Shown here one piece after another: positions 13,090 to 25,200 of a stretch of DNA of 44,652 bases (positions are counted from its first letter, which is position 1; each line of letters begins with the position of its first letter). Position numbers and translations under genes: made by a program. Location: the NCBI GenBank assembly GCA_910592345.1, contig CAJVPI010000184.1:1-44652 (forward strand), read 5' to 3'. Below the pieces are notes generated by a model. That model was not told the DNA's origin, ran no database searches, and saw nothing but the letters and a program-made list of their open reading frames with translations. The stretch comes from Paraglomus brasilianum. Lineage: Eukaryota.

Positions 13090-13458
13090 GGAGTATATTT
13101 ATTACATTTTTCCCCGTTGTTATTATTATTTTTATTTCGTCATCATATTTTAGTAATGGTCATTTTTTATCAGCGTTGTGTATCACATGTTGAAAGATCG
13201 TTGGTAAATAAAATTTTTCGCACAGTCTTATTATTAATCATTATTTGTTTATGCGTGTGTGTGAAATAAAAAGGATATGACTCATATGACTCATATGAGC
13301 AAACCCCACGTTTATATGCTTTGCTCCAAAAAAATGGCTCCCACTTTGCATTCCCATATATAATTATAAAAAGTATAAATAACAACATATCAACCGCTTT
13401 TTTGCCACACACCTCTATAATAAAAAGTTTTTTCATATCCTACTTACTAGTTTGAAAC
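13090..13458. repeat. Dispersed repeat; inverted copy at ~30190-30450 (probable non-autonomous TE fragment)
   Basis: Reverse complement shares aaactttttattat(a)gaggtgtgtggcaaaaaagc(g/a)gttgatatgttgttatttatacttttt and acatgtga(t/c)acacaacgctgataaaaaat with 30190-30450. Confidence 0.9.
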
Positions 13459-13766
13459 TAGATTAGTAAGAGACCTGATGCGCAAGCTACACAGCCTTTA
13501 CTAAATCTTAAATATGTTAATAAGCAATTATCTCAACCAAATGACAGTACGTGCTCCATATAGCGTCCAGCAAACTTGTTATAAGTTTTAAGTACTTTGT
13601 CAAATGCACGGCTTATAATACTTGTACGTTTAATGCCACACGGTATTTTAGTTAACTGATATAAAGTTTCTCTTTTGTATATGTATATGACTGTATTGGC
13701 TGGGAAGCATTGAAATGGCAAATCGTATTGTCAGTACTAGGACAATGTTAATAGTAATTCAGCATA

Positions 13767-14598
13767 CAGTCGTCCCCTCTCTACAGTCACACCGTCGTCG
13801 GTTCTTCTGAAACCTGTGACTGTAAGGAAGGTGTGACTGTAAAGGGGGACCCCTATACAATTCCAGGATATATGCAATTCATTGCGAAATGCTTATACAA
13901 AGGTTTATATTAATTGACAGTATTCTGACTTCGAAAATTTTTTTATTCAGTTTAAGTCATAAAAAAAACATACATGTTGACAGTGATATGCATAAAGAGA
14001 TTAACTTATTTCCTAACAAAAGAGTCGAGTGTTGACTGAACTTTAGACTTATCCACTAATAGTTTAAGTATTGATATTTTGCGATGGAGAATTTTAACTC
14101 ATCTGGTCTAAACAACGTCTCGGAAAGATGTTCTCGAATCTAATGAGTTCTGTGAGATGGAACAATGCTTCGTGGATAAGAGCTTGCTTACTGTAGACTA
14201 ATCTATATTAATACTATACTTATTATTGAAATAAGATGCAATGTCAGTACTTGTGGCCGTGCTATTATCGTTTGAGTAAATGCAAATCTCATGCCGTAAA
14301 GCATTATTGATTTGAGTTCTCTTTCTTTTCTTGGTTGGAGAGGCTATAAACATTCTAATTTTGTATAAATAATGCGCGTTCTCCAATCATTTTAATTTTA
14401 ATTTTTATCACGTAATGTGACTGTAAGGAGGTAATTTTTCATATATCTACTATTTATCGGTTCTGCTGTGTCCTGTGATAGAGACTATAAGCGAATTGGG
14501 ACTGTATAGAGGTAAATTTACTATAAAATCGGTTGGTTCTGTAAAAAGGTGTGACTGTAAGCCAATTGTGCTTATATAGATGACTGTAGAGGTGACTG
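13767..14598 (-). mobile_element. Internally deleted pogo/Tigger-type DNA transposon with CENP-B-type HTH remnant
   Basis: Ends TA|CAGTCGTCCCCTCTCTACAGTCAC and TGACTGTAGAGGTGACTG|TA (imperfect TIR, TA TSD); subterminal gtgactgtaag repeats at both ends; ORF 14198-14386 KKRKRTQINNALRHEICIYSNDNSTATSTDIASYFNNKYSINID. Confidence 0.85.
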
Positions 14599-15450
14599 TA
14601 GTTCATAAGTTTCCCTGAGTGAGATTAACTATAATGTAGCAAATTTGACTAAAAGCTATCATTTCTTCACAGAAATTAATATTGATTATGCAGCATATGT
14701 ACAAGAAATAGCCATCAATAGTTATCAGATGACAATGTGATAAAAGTGTCTCTTAGCTACGAGAAAAGAGGACCATTATTCGGTACTAGTTCGTACAGTG
14801 GGTAGTTTGAGTTACATAATAGTCTACACACCGAGTGTCTTCGTTATCCAACAATGCGTTATATGTTCGATAGTTCATATTTTCATTGATATTCGAAGAC
14901 TCGAAGATAAACGTGATGTTGTGAAAGGAAGGAGGCAAGTGAGCCACTAGTATATAAGGGGAAAAGTCGCGTTGTTGGGAATACTTGGTATGCATGAAGC
15001 TACTGTATATATAGACATACCGATCATGTTTAGTGTTCTGTAAAATGAAATAGTTTGTGATCAAACGTCTATTTTAAACTGACATGTATCATATACATAA
15101 TACTTTAGTAATATTGGCGCATAATAGTCCTTTCGTAACAGAATGTAAAAAGATATTACCATGGCCATATAGTAAAGTAATGGCTGTATAAAGTTATATA
15201 CCTACTATACCAGACAGTTCTTCTTAAAGTGATATACATTAACGGAGTCATCATGATTTAGGCTCATTATACGTTCGATTTAGTAAAAACATATGAATTT
15301 ATTAAAGAAAGAGTAACAGGAGAATGTCTTATCTGTATAAAGTTATTGTTAAAATGTATAGCATATAACGAATGTTTAAACAATAATTAATACATTGAAA
15401 AAATTTTTCGATCGACAAGTAATTACTTTCACTTGTTAACTTCCGAGAGG

Positions 15451-16024
15451 CTAAATCTCGTAGGGTTGTTCGCCTGGATTTAATCGTTTTGTTTGATTAG
15501 ATTGATGCAGGCTGAGTGTCGTTTGATACGTCTTCATTGGGATTGATGTCCTCAATTTGCATGCTTCGGACAATAGCGGCAACGGAGAAGAGACTGCAAT
15601 GTTGGTGTCGTTGGAGGTAGTATTTTTCAGAATAACAAACGTCGCATGTTGCAATTCACAATATATAACATTGTTATGCAGTTCCGCAGCGCCTTCGACT
15701 TTTATTCGAGAGCCGACATTATAAACTTTTGTACGATTTAATGGATCCAGAAAAATTTTTCTAGAGTGGGAGCAGGTGACATTAATAGCTTGTGCTAACG
15801 AATCTACCTTGTGACAGTCCCGTAGAATTAGACAACATCTGTAGGAACCAACAAAGCGACATAACATGAATCTTCGGCATCAACCGGGATAAATTGGATA
15901 ATGTTGAATGTAATATGTTTTCACTTGTTTTTGATTTAACGACTCCCATTCCGACTACAAATTCAGTCCGCGGTGTAGCTTGATAACTGAAGACTTCTCC
16001 GATTGACCGAATTTCCAAAGACAT
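15451..16024 (-). pseudogene. Divergent tandem OB-fold gene relic (same superfamily as copies A/B)
   Basis: MSLEIRSIGEVFSYQATPRTEFVVGMGVVKSK and, in another frame, INVTCSH..RTKVYNVGSRIKVEGAAELHNNVIYCELQHATFV; matches copy A (SKVSIVDKLA-LHENKLCIELHNFEYI) and copy B (RTKEKVGSRV). Confidence 0.6.
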
Positions 16025-17432
16025 GATGCTTTTACAGATAGACAATTAAAAAGAAGTAAATTGGAAGGAAAGAAGAGATTTTTGTTGTGATAAGGATTTT
16101 GGGATGTGAAATTTACAGCGCTTGTCCGTTTAATTAAATTTTGAAACATTTATTTGTGTTGTTAATAATTTGACTCTTTATTTCATACTTTTCTTTCTTA
16201 TTGGTGCCTTTCGTTGACAGATTAATTGGTTTACTATCGGCATAAACGATTTGTTGATTATTTTTGGGTAAATGCGATTGATCAATGGACAATGTGAAAA
16301 GTGGGCTTTCGCTTCGAATTGTGTGTCATGCGTCTACGATTTCCCAAATAGCTAGCGTATACGATGGAACGCTGTGTGTGGTGAGATATTTGAAGGCCAA
16401 AGTTTTTTTTTAATTTTAGTGTTAAATAATTATGTGTTTTATTGGCGGCTTGCGCTGAGAGCACGCCTTTTCCGAACAGTTGGTGTACAGTCGAACCCCG
16501 TTGCCTAAAGTCAAGTAATATTCGGTATATTGAGACATTCGTAGTTGCAAAATAATACAAATATACAGCAGGAGAAAACGAAAAGTATAATAATTTCTAC
16601 GGATCACTCAAAAGTTAGAAAATTAGAATATTTATGTATCGGAGATTCATTTTGAGATAATATAATCGGCTTTACCTTTATTAGACAATGCAAAGTCAAC
16701 ACTTGGAACATACGAGCCTGACTTTGAAGTTGTAGTTGATTGAGCATATACTATCAGTAGTTGTTAAGACTTATAACAGAGAAGCTAAGCATTTATTACA
16801 ATGGATATTTGAAAACCTCGTTATTCCGTCACCGAAGTTCAGTTGCAGGATTTTGTATATGATAACTAGTCACTTTATAACGAAGTTAATCACGTGATAT
16901 AAATTAAACATGGTGATTGGTTGTAGCAATTAGAAAATTTGTCATACGATACAGTGATTGGTTGTAAAGCAAATTGACTATTAATACAATTTCACGTGAA
17001 TATGAATATTCTGCATCGTTATGCGTTAATAGTTAATCATGTAAAACGTATCATGTAATGAACGGCATTTGGTAGTTTTTTTCTTCATTGACGCATCGAA
17101 CAATTCTAAACAAATGATTTGCACCCGTGGGAAACACATTAAGTGAGAATGTGCGTTTACAAAATGGTTGTAAAAAGTTGACAAATACCAGAATACTGCA
17201 CAAATGAATACATACCTTTTTTAGGCAACAAATTTAACAGATGTAAACGAGATTGGTCATTTTGGGAGTTTTTTTGTGAGTGTAACAATACTGCGGGATG
17301 TAAACAAATACTATATAAACGACCTTTGTCCGTAGACTTAAGCATAAGTATAAGTATAAACTATTAAAAACTCAAAGGCGATTTTGGCAGCGATCATTTC
17401 TAAATGTAAAATAAAATAAAAATTAAATGGAA

Positions 17433-18640
17433 CTAGGTAGGGGGGTTTTTTTGGGGGGGGGCTTTGCCCCCTCCCCTTTCTAGTAATTGAGAATTTATTA
17501 ATGATTTAATTTCTAAAAAGGAAATACATGAAGAGTGATAGTAGTTTGTGTTATTAATCTATGAGCGAAATTATTTGTATACGTAAATAAAGGATATTTT
17601 AGAGTAAGTAATATAACATATAATATGATTATTTAGACATAGTCGAACTGGGCGTTTAAATTATGGCTTTATCTTATAAGAACATTTTCGTTGCTTTAAT
17701 TTTATTATGTTATTCATTTATTGGGAGGCCTTGTTTGCTTATTTCAATATAGATAAGACAACATTGACAGAAGGGATTTCCGTTGATTGATTACTCTAAC
17801 TATTCTTTTGCTATTTGAAAAATCCAATCGAGAATAACACAAACGCATCAGAGCGCCGCTGTAAGTTAATGAAAGGTTTGCCAATAAAGTCTAGAGAAAA
17901 TCCAAAGAAAGCATGTCCAACTCATACCCGAGATCCTACTTTCTCCTTTGTTCTCTCATGCAGTTTTTCTTGGAGGATTTGTGATACGCTATAATATCAA
18001 ATTCTGCTATATTTAAGCTTGATCCACTGTCGCTTACGTATTGTGTGGTACGAGAGGTAAACGTGGTGATATTATTTCGTACTTGGGCAGCGGATTTTAT
18101 TGTGGCGATTGTGCAGATTCACGTACGTGCGTGTGGTATATTGGCTGAATTATACGCAGTGACATGGCACTTGAATGGGTTAATCTGGAGAATTGGAGTA
18201 GTAAGTAAGTGGTGTTAGAAAAAGAATAGTTGTCATATGCTAATTACTTACAGTCAACATATTATCATGTAGCGATGTTATCGTGCCGAGTATGTCATTT
18301 AATGCAAAAGCCATTGTTGCTTGCCAGTCTGGTTTATCTTTCGGCACGTATACATCGAATCGAATATGTATCGGTTCAGAGGCAAAATTGAGAAAGACGA
18401 CAATAACAATATTTTAATTGTGGAAAACTTGGTTGTAAAGGATAGATGAAGTTGTCATTTTTAAGTACCCATTTGACGGTGTGTGGATATAATAGACGTA
18501 AACAGTAAGAGCAGAACGCAGGGAAATTGCGCATATTCTTCTTCATAAAGTTTGCGTAAAGTTTTTCGTAGAGCGTCGGAAGGGCGCCAGTAGGATTGCG
18601 CTTGAATGTTAACTAAATAGGAGATATAGGAAAAACGGGG
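17433..18640 (-). mobile_element. Internally deleted Helitron relic (locus B): Rep N-terminus, OB-fold gene, 3' non-coding region, hairpin+CTAG end
   Basis: 18600-18410: SYWRPSDALRKTLRKLYEEEYAQFPCV/CSYCLRLLYPHTVKWVLKNDNFIYPL. 18390-17930: FASEPIHIRFDVYVPKDKPDWQ..HDNMLT-[intron 18251-18185 GTAAGT..CAG]-INPFKCH..KSAAQVRNNITTFTSRTTQYV..EFDIIAYH. Minus-strand end GGGGGCAAAGCCCCC..CCCCCCCTACCTAG|TT at 17433. Confidence 0.7.
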
Positions 18641-20590
18641 CAATGATTGTGTGTGGAAGTATCAGTACTATAGAAAACTGATTCATCGGTTTGAAGAGAA
18701 TCAACAGTGTATATATGGAAGCGTCTATATATAAGCGTAAAGGAAAAAGATTTACGTGTGCGTAACGAAATGTAGTAAGTTCGAAAAGTTTAATTTAAAT
18801 GTGCATAACTACGTCTGTGCGAGTGTGTGTGTAAACAAAGCTTACTAATTATGTGTCTAAAGGAAAATCAAGAAGGAAAAGATATATCGAGACAATACAA
18901 ATTAAGCAAAACGACATCTCGATGCAATTGCTAGAACAATCAAGCGGTAGAAATTGATATGGGTACGGACTAGATGTGTTCGTTTGTTTATCTACGGACA
19001 CGAATGAAATATAGCAAATGCAATCTGATTATGTGTAATTAATAAAGTAATGGGCGGGAAAGACACACACACACGTGGAAATTGAAGAATTTGATGGGTA
19101 TACTCATTTTTCTGAGTAAAGTCGCTTAAACAGATTTTTTGTAATAGCAACATAGAATACACGTAGAGTGTTAGTTATAATACTAAATCATTACGGCACA
19201 TAAGCAGAAGGATAGGCATTTTCAAAGTTATGAAGCGACCAAAAATTTTGTTGATAAGCATGAACAAATATAGTAACAGAGTCAACGATATATATTTGTA
19301 AATTTTATTTTTTTATTAATTTAAATTTAAAATAAACCATTTTATAGGCTTTTAAATATTATAGTTCCTGATTGATTGCGTCAACCAGGGCATTATAAAA
19401 GGATCGCGGCTTTATTTCGATTTATTTTTGCTCAAATAACAAGTACAAATAACATATCAAGCATCCGTTATATGATCATGGTGGATATATCAGCAAGCAT
19501 ATGTGGTTAATAATAAAACATTAGTATCTTCGAAAGATATATAAGCAGCGTAGATTTAGCTAGATTCTGTGTGTATGTGTGTGGTATTCAATTACTTTCG
19601 ATCCTTTATTTTATATACTATTGTAAAAAAACGAGTAGTTTTTTATACTTGAAATGCATTATTAATTATTCGCTCCCTGGTAAATTATCGGTATAGTTGT
19701 AAAACCGCTAATCGCTATATCGATTAAGAATAATTGCTTCTTGTCCCGTGAATATTCTCGTGGCATTACGATTGTTGTTCGTACGTTCGAATATATCCCA
19801 ACCTATAGGTTTCCGAATTAATCCCATCAAAATGGAATAGAGAACTAACTTGAGAGTGTGAATCACCGTATCTAGGATTAATGTCTACCGATCGACACTT
19901 AGGTCTTCTCAACAGCTTTGAGCCCCGATCAAATTTGGAAACGTATACAATAGTTCTCGATAGCCTTTCTAAATAGAATAATACTGTATTTAGGTTTTGG
20001 GTGACAGATAAATTCGTGTAAATAGTCAGGTTCATGTAAAAATAAACAACTTCCAATTTAGTCAATGCCCCTTGATGCCCCTACATATTTAATGATCGAT
20101 TGCTTTTCCGTGATTCGTCTGCCTTTGTTGCCTTTGTGAATAATCTCGTGGGTAAAATTAGAAACATCTCAATTGGACCATCAGCAACGATTCTGAATCG
20201 TTTGTGAGGGAAATTTTCAGAGTACACACGATAGATACCTATATACGATGTCAGAGATTGGTTAGAACCGACAACAAATAAATTGATAAAGTCATGTCAA
20301 GATGATAGTTGATAGTCGATTTTTATCAAGTAATTCTGTAATTTATTTTTACTCGTAAACTAGACAAATAATAATCGATGGTTGTTATCACGCATGTATC
20401 GCACACTTTAATCTATAATTTTTGCAACGATTGTAAAATAGCTAATTGAGGATTGTCCGGAGATATTAACCCCTAGTAATATTTGGGTTATTGGAATCGC
20501 TCAAAAACCATTTATTCGAGCGGTTGATAATAAGATATCAAAGTACTGGAAAGGATTATGTTATGCAATTAAACTAAGGTATGGGTTTAT

Positions 20591-21110
20591 GCATTTTATG
20601 AAATTGAAGAGATCAGCTCCGGTGGTTACGAAATAGTTTCTACTGCTAAGGCAAATATCCAATGGTTTTATATAAGAACACGACGTTGTCCTCAAGCGCT
20701 TTAAGAATTTCAATGAAATGCCGGAATTGCTTATTTTCGAGGTAAGAAATTTTTGATAACATTAACCTCTTTTAGATATTTAATCCGATTTTATTATCGT
20801 ATAGCTCAGAAATGCAGCGTCTTGATAATAGGTTTTCCTTGTTTTATAACCCGATATGGACGAATACGTTACCGTAAATGCGATGCAAATTACAGTTTTG
20901 CATGATACAAACTTGTATCTCCATGGTGGAAACATAACGTATAACGCTGGTTCAAGTACAACATTCATAGTCAGAGTCGTCTGAATTAAAAGCAAATGTT
21001 CCAGGCGTTGCGCCTCAAAAATTTTTTATACTCGCATATTTACTCAACTATCAGACGTATATGCATCTAGTGTTGTTATGTAAGTGCCAGTGGTAAACCG
21101 CCTTTCCAAA
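20591..21110 (+). pseudogene. Decayed TKL-type protein kinase
   Basis: FYEIEEISSGGYEIVSTAK (Gly loop), HDVVLKRFKNFNEMPELLIFE followed by donor gtaag at 20742, later VAP..YTRIFTQLSDVYA..ASGKPPF with stops and frameshifts. Confidence 0.75.
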
Positions 21111-22220
21111 GACAATTTTTCGATAGAAATTAATTTGTAACATTCTGAGTGAATTGCAACGGCCTTAACAAGTGTCTATCAGGAAGTATACAATGATTTA
21201 TCTGACAACGGTATATTACAAGAACTTTTATTACGTTTCGGAAAGAAGACTAAACATTCTAGTAAGGTCTCACCTACCAGATATTGACACAAAAATGCGA
21301 CTTTGAAAAATGTCAAACTCTATGCTTTAATGGCAAATTTTATAATTTTGCTAGGCGAGCGTAATTTACAATATGTAATAACGGCTTTACATAAAGTTAT
21401 GTATGCGATAAAGAATTCAGACAATTTGTATAATATTTTTATTGTATTATATATGGATAGACAAAGAATAAAGAGATAAAAAAGCGGGTAATGTATAATG
21501 ATTATGATATGGACTTCTAGTACATGGTCAACCTCTTAAATCACTGAAAGCCTGATTCTTTTTTGAATCGCTATTAAACATGTAAATCGAAAATTTTCAT
21601 ATCGAAATTTACTTTGTAAGCCGCGTATTGTTTGACTGACTTTTTTTCTAGATGTTTACAAAACATATACGATTGCCTTTATAAGATCATCAATGAGGAC
21701 GGAACAAATTTATGTTCTACGGTTGATATTAACAAACGTCAAAAACGTTTCTGAAAATCTTAAATAAAATATACGGCAATTTTCACAACCAGTTAGTCTT
21801 ACGCCTATTAGTAGTTGATAATAATGCCAAAAAGCAAACATTGCTAGATTCCTCTTCGAAGAATTACATACGACATTTATATTATTTGAATTATCCTGTA
21901 TTTGCTTAACTAAACTATGTCACAAAGAGAACTTGGTATACAGTATTTGATTCGAGCTATTTATATTTTCAACAATACTTATTTATATACTTCGTCGTCT
22001 TTGCATCTGTATCTAATAACTAGTCATGATTTAAGCAAAAACTATGCTAAATATAAAAAGATATATATAATGTTATGTTAAAAGAGATAATCAGTGAGAA
22101 ATAAATATATAAAAAATAAAACAAATGACAAAAATTCAATGATAATAATCTGAATGCTACTCTACTGAACATTGTTGTACAGCATTAAGTATAACACAAA
22201 TACATAATTACTTGTGCTTA

Positions 22221-25200
22221 CTAAACTAATATATCAATTGCTTTCTTACCATTTTTCTTCTTCTTATAATAATAGGCTTCAAGATAATTTTTTGCACCAA
22301 TATTTCCTTGTTCAGCTGCTACTTTATACAATTCTACTGCCTTTCGTTCATATTTTTCTACTCCAATACCAAATTGATAACACAAACCAAGACTGAATTG
22401 TGCATTAACATTCCCTTGTTCAACTGCCTTTTCATACAATTCTACTGCTTTCTGCTCATCTTTGCCAACTCCAACTCCATACTGATAACAATAACCAAGA
22501 TTATGTTGTGCATAAACATTTCCTTGTTCAACTGCTTTCTTATATAATTCTGCTGCTTTTTGAATATTTTTTTCCATTCCAATTCCAAGTTGGTAGCAAC
22601 AACCAAGATTATTTTGTGCTTGAGCATTCCCTTGTTTAACTGCTTTTTTGTACAATTCTACTGCCTTTTGTTCATCCTTTTCAACCCCAGTTCCATACTG
22701 GTAGCAATAACCAAGATTATTCTGTGCACAAACATTTTCTTGGTCAACTGCTTTTTTATACAATTCTATTGCCATTTCAATATCTTTACCTACTCCATTT
22801 CCATGCTGATAACACCAACCAAGATTATTTTGTGCCATATCAAACCCTTGTTCAGCAGCTTTTTGATACCATTCAATTGCCTTTTGTTCATCTTTACCAA
22901 CCCCAATTCCAAATTGATAACACCAACCAAGACCATTTTGTGCTTTAACAATTCCTTGCTCTACTGCTTCTTTATACAATTCTGCTGCCTTTTGTTCATC
23001 TTTCCCAACTCCAATCCCAAATTGATAGCACCAACCAAGATTATACTGTGCATTGGCATTTCCTTGCTTATACAATCTTACTGCCTCTTGTTCATTCTTT
23101 CCTACCCCAATCCCAAATTGATAACACCAGCCAAGATAATATCTTGCAAATGCATTTCCCTGGTCAACTGCTTTTGTATACAATTTTACTGCTTTTGATT
23201 CATCCTTTCCTACTCTAATTCCATACTGGTAACAGCAACCAAGATTAGTTTGTGCATAAGAATTTCCTTGCCTGACTGCTTTTTTATACAACTCAATTGC
23301 CTTTTGCATATTTTTTTCCACACCAAATCCATACTGATAGCAATAACCAAGGGCATTTTGTGCATCAGCTTTTCCTTTTTCAACAGCTTTTTTATACCAT
23401 TCCACTGCCATTTTTTCATCTTTTTCTACTCCAATTTCATATTGATAACAGTGACCAAGATTATATTGTGCTAAAGCATTTCCTTGTTCAGCTGCTGCTT
23501 TATACAAGTCAACTGCCTTTTGTAGATTTTTTTCTACACCAATTCCATTCTGATAGCAAAGACCAAGATTATTTTGTGCCAAAGCATTTCCTTGTTTAAC
23601 TGCTTTTGTATATAAATCAATTGCATTTTCAGTGTCTTTTTCTACTCCAATTCCATGTCGATAGCAATATCCAAGATTAGTTTGTGCATAAGCATTTCCT
23701 TGTTCAACTGCAGCTTTATACAAGGCAACTGCCTTTTGTAGATTTTTTTCAACACCAACTCCTTTCTGATAGCAATGGCCAAGATTATTTTGTGCATTAG
23801 CATTTCCTTGTGTGACTGCTAGTTTATACCATTTTACTGCCAGTTTTTCATCTTTCTCTACTCCAATTCCATTCTCATAACAACGACCAAGATTGTATTG
23901 TGCTAAAACATTTCCTTGTTCAGTTGCTTTTTTATACAATTCAGCTGCCTGTTCAATGTCATTCTCTACTCCAGTTCCATTTTCATAACACAAGCCAAGA
24001 TTATTTTGTGCCATTGCATTTCCTTGTTCAGCTGCTTTTTTATACAATTCAAATGCCTTTTCAGTGTCTTTTTCTACTCCAATTCCATTCTGATGGCAAT
24101 ATCCAAGATTAGTTTGTGCAGAAGCATTTCCTTGTTCAACTGCTGCTTTATACAAGTCAACTGCCTTTTGTAGATTTTTTTCCACACCAATTCCATTCTG
24201 ATAGCAATGACCAAGATTATTTTGTGCATTAGCATTTCCCTTTTCAGCTGCTTTTTTGTACAATTCTACTGCCTTTTGCTCATTTTTTTCTACTCCAGTT
24301 CCATTTGCATAACACCAACCAAGATAATATTGGTTAGAACCATTGTCTTGCCCAATTGCTCCTTTGTATAACTCTACTGTCTGGTTTTTAACCTTTTCTA
24401 CTTCTACTCCAGCCATATACTTGCTGCAATGATCAAGATTGGATTGTGCCCTGGTATTTCCTTGTTCAACTGCTTTTTTATATAATTCAATTGCCTTTTG
24501 TATACTTTTTTCAACACCAATTCCATGTTGATAGCAATATCCAAGATTGGTTTGTGCAGAAGCATTTCCTTGTTCAACTGCTTTTCTATACAATTCTAAT
24601 GCCTTTTGCACATCTTTTTCTACTCCAGTTCCACTTTCATAACACCAACCAAGATTATTTTGTGCATTAGCATGTCCTTGTGCAACTGCTTTTTTATACC
24701 ATTCCACTGCCAGTTTTTCATCTTTTTCTACTCCAATTTCATATTGATAACAGCGACCAAGATTATATTGTGCATAAGCATTTCCTTGTTCACTTGCTTT
24801 TTTATACAATCCTAATGCCTTCTGCACATCTTTTTCTACTCCAGTTCCACTTTCATAATACCGACCAAGATTATTTTGTGCATTAGCATTTCCTTGTGTG
24901 ACTGCTAGTTTATACCATTTTACTGCCAGTTTTTCATCTTTTTCTACTCCAATTCCATTCTCATAACAACGACCAAGATTGTATTGTGCTAAAGCATTTC
25001 CTTGTTCAGTTGCTTTTTTATACAATTCAACTGCCTTTTCAATGTCTTTTTCTACTCCAGTTCCATTTTCATAACACAAGCCAAGATTATTTTGTGCCAA
25101 AGCATTTCCTTGTTCAACTGCTTTTGTATACAATTCAACTGCCTTTTGTAGATTTTTTTCCACACCAATTCCATTCTGATAGCAATGACCAAGATTATTT

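Noticed and set aside
16488..16890. Tigger-like end TA|CAGTCGAACCCCG and ttataacgaag motif
   Set aside because: No partner TIR or transposase found, so boundaries cannot be defined
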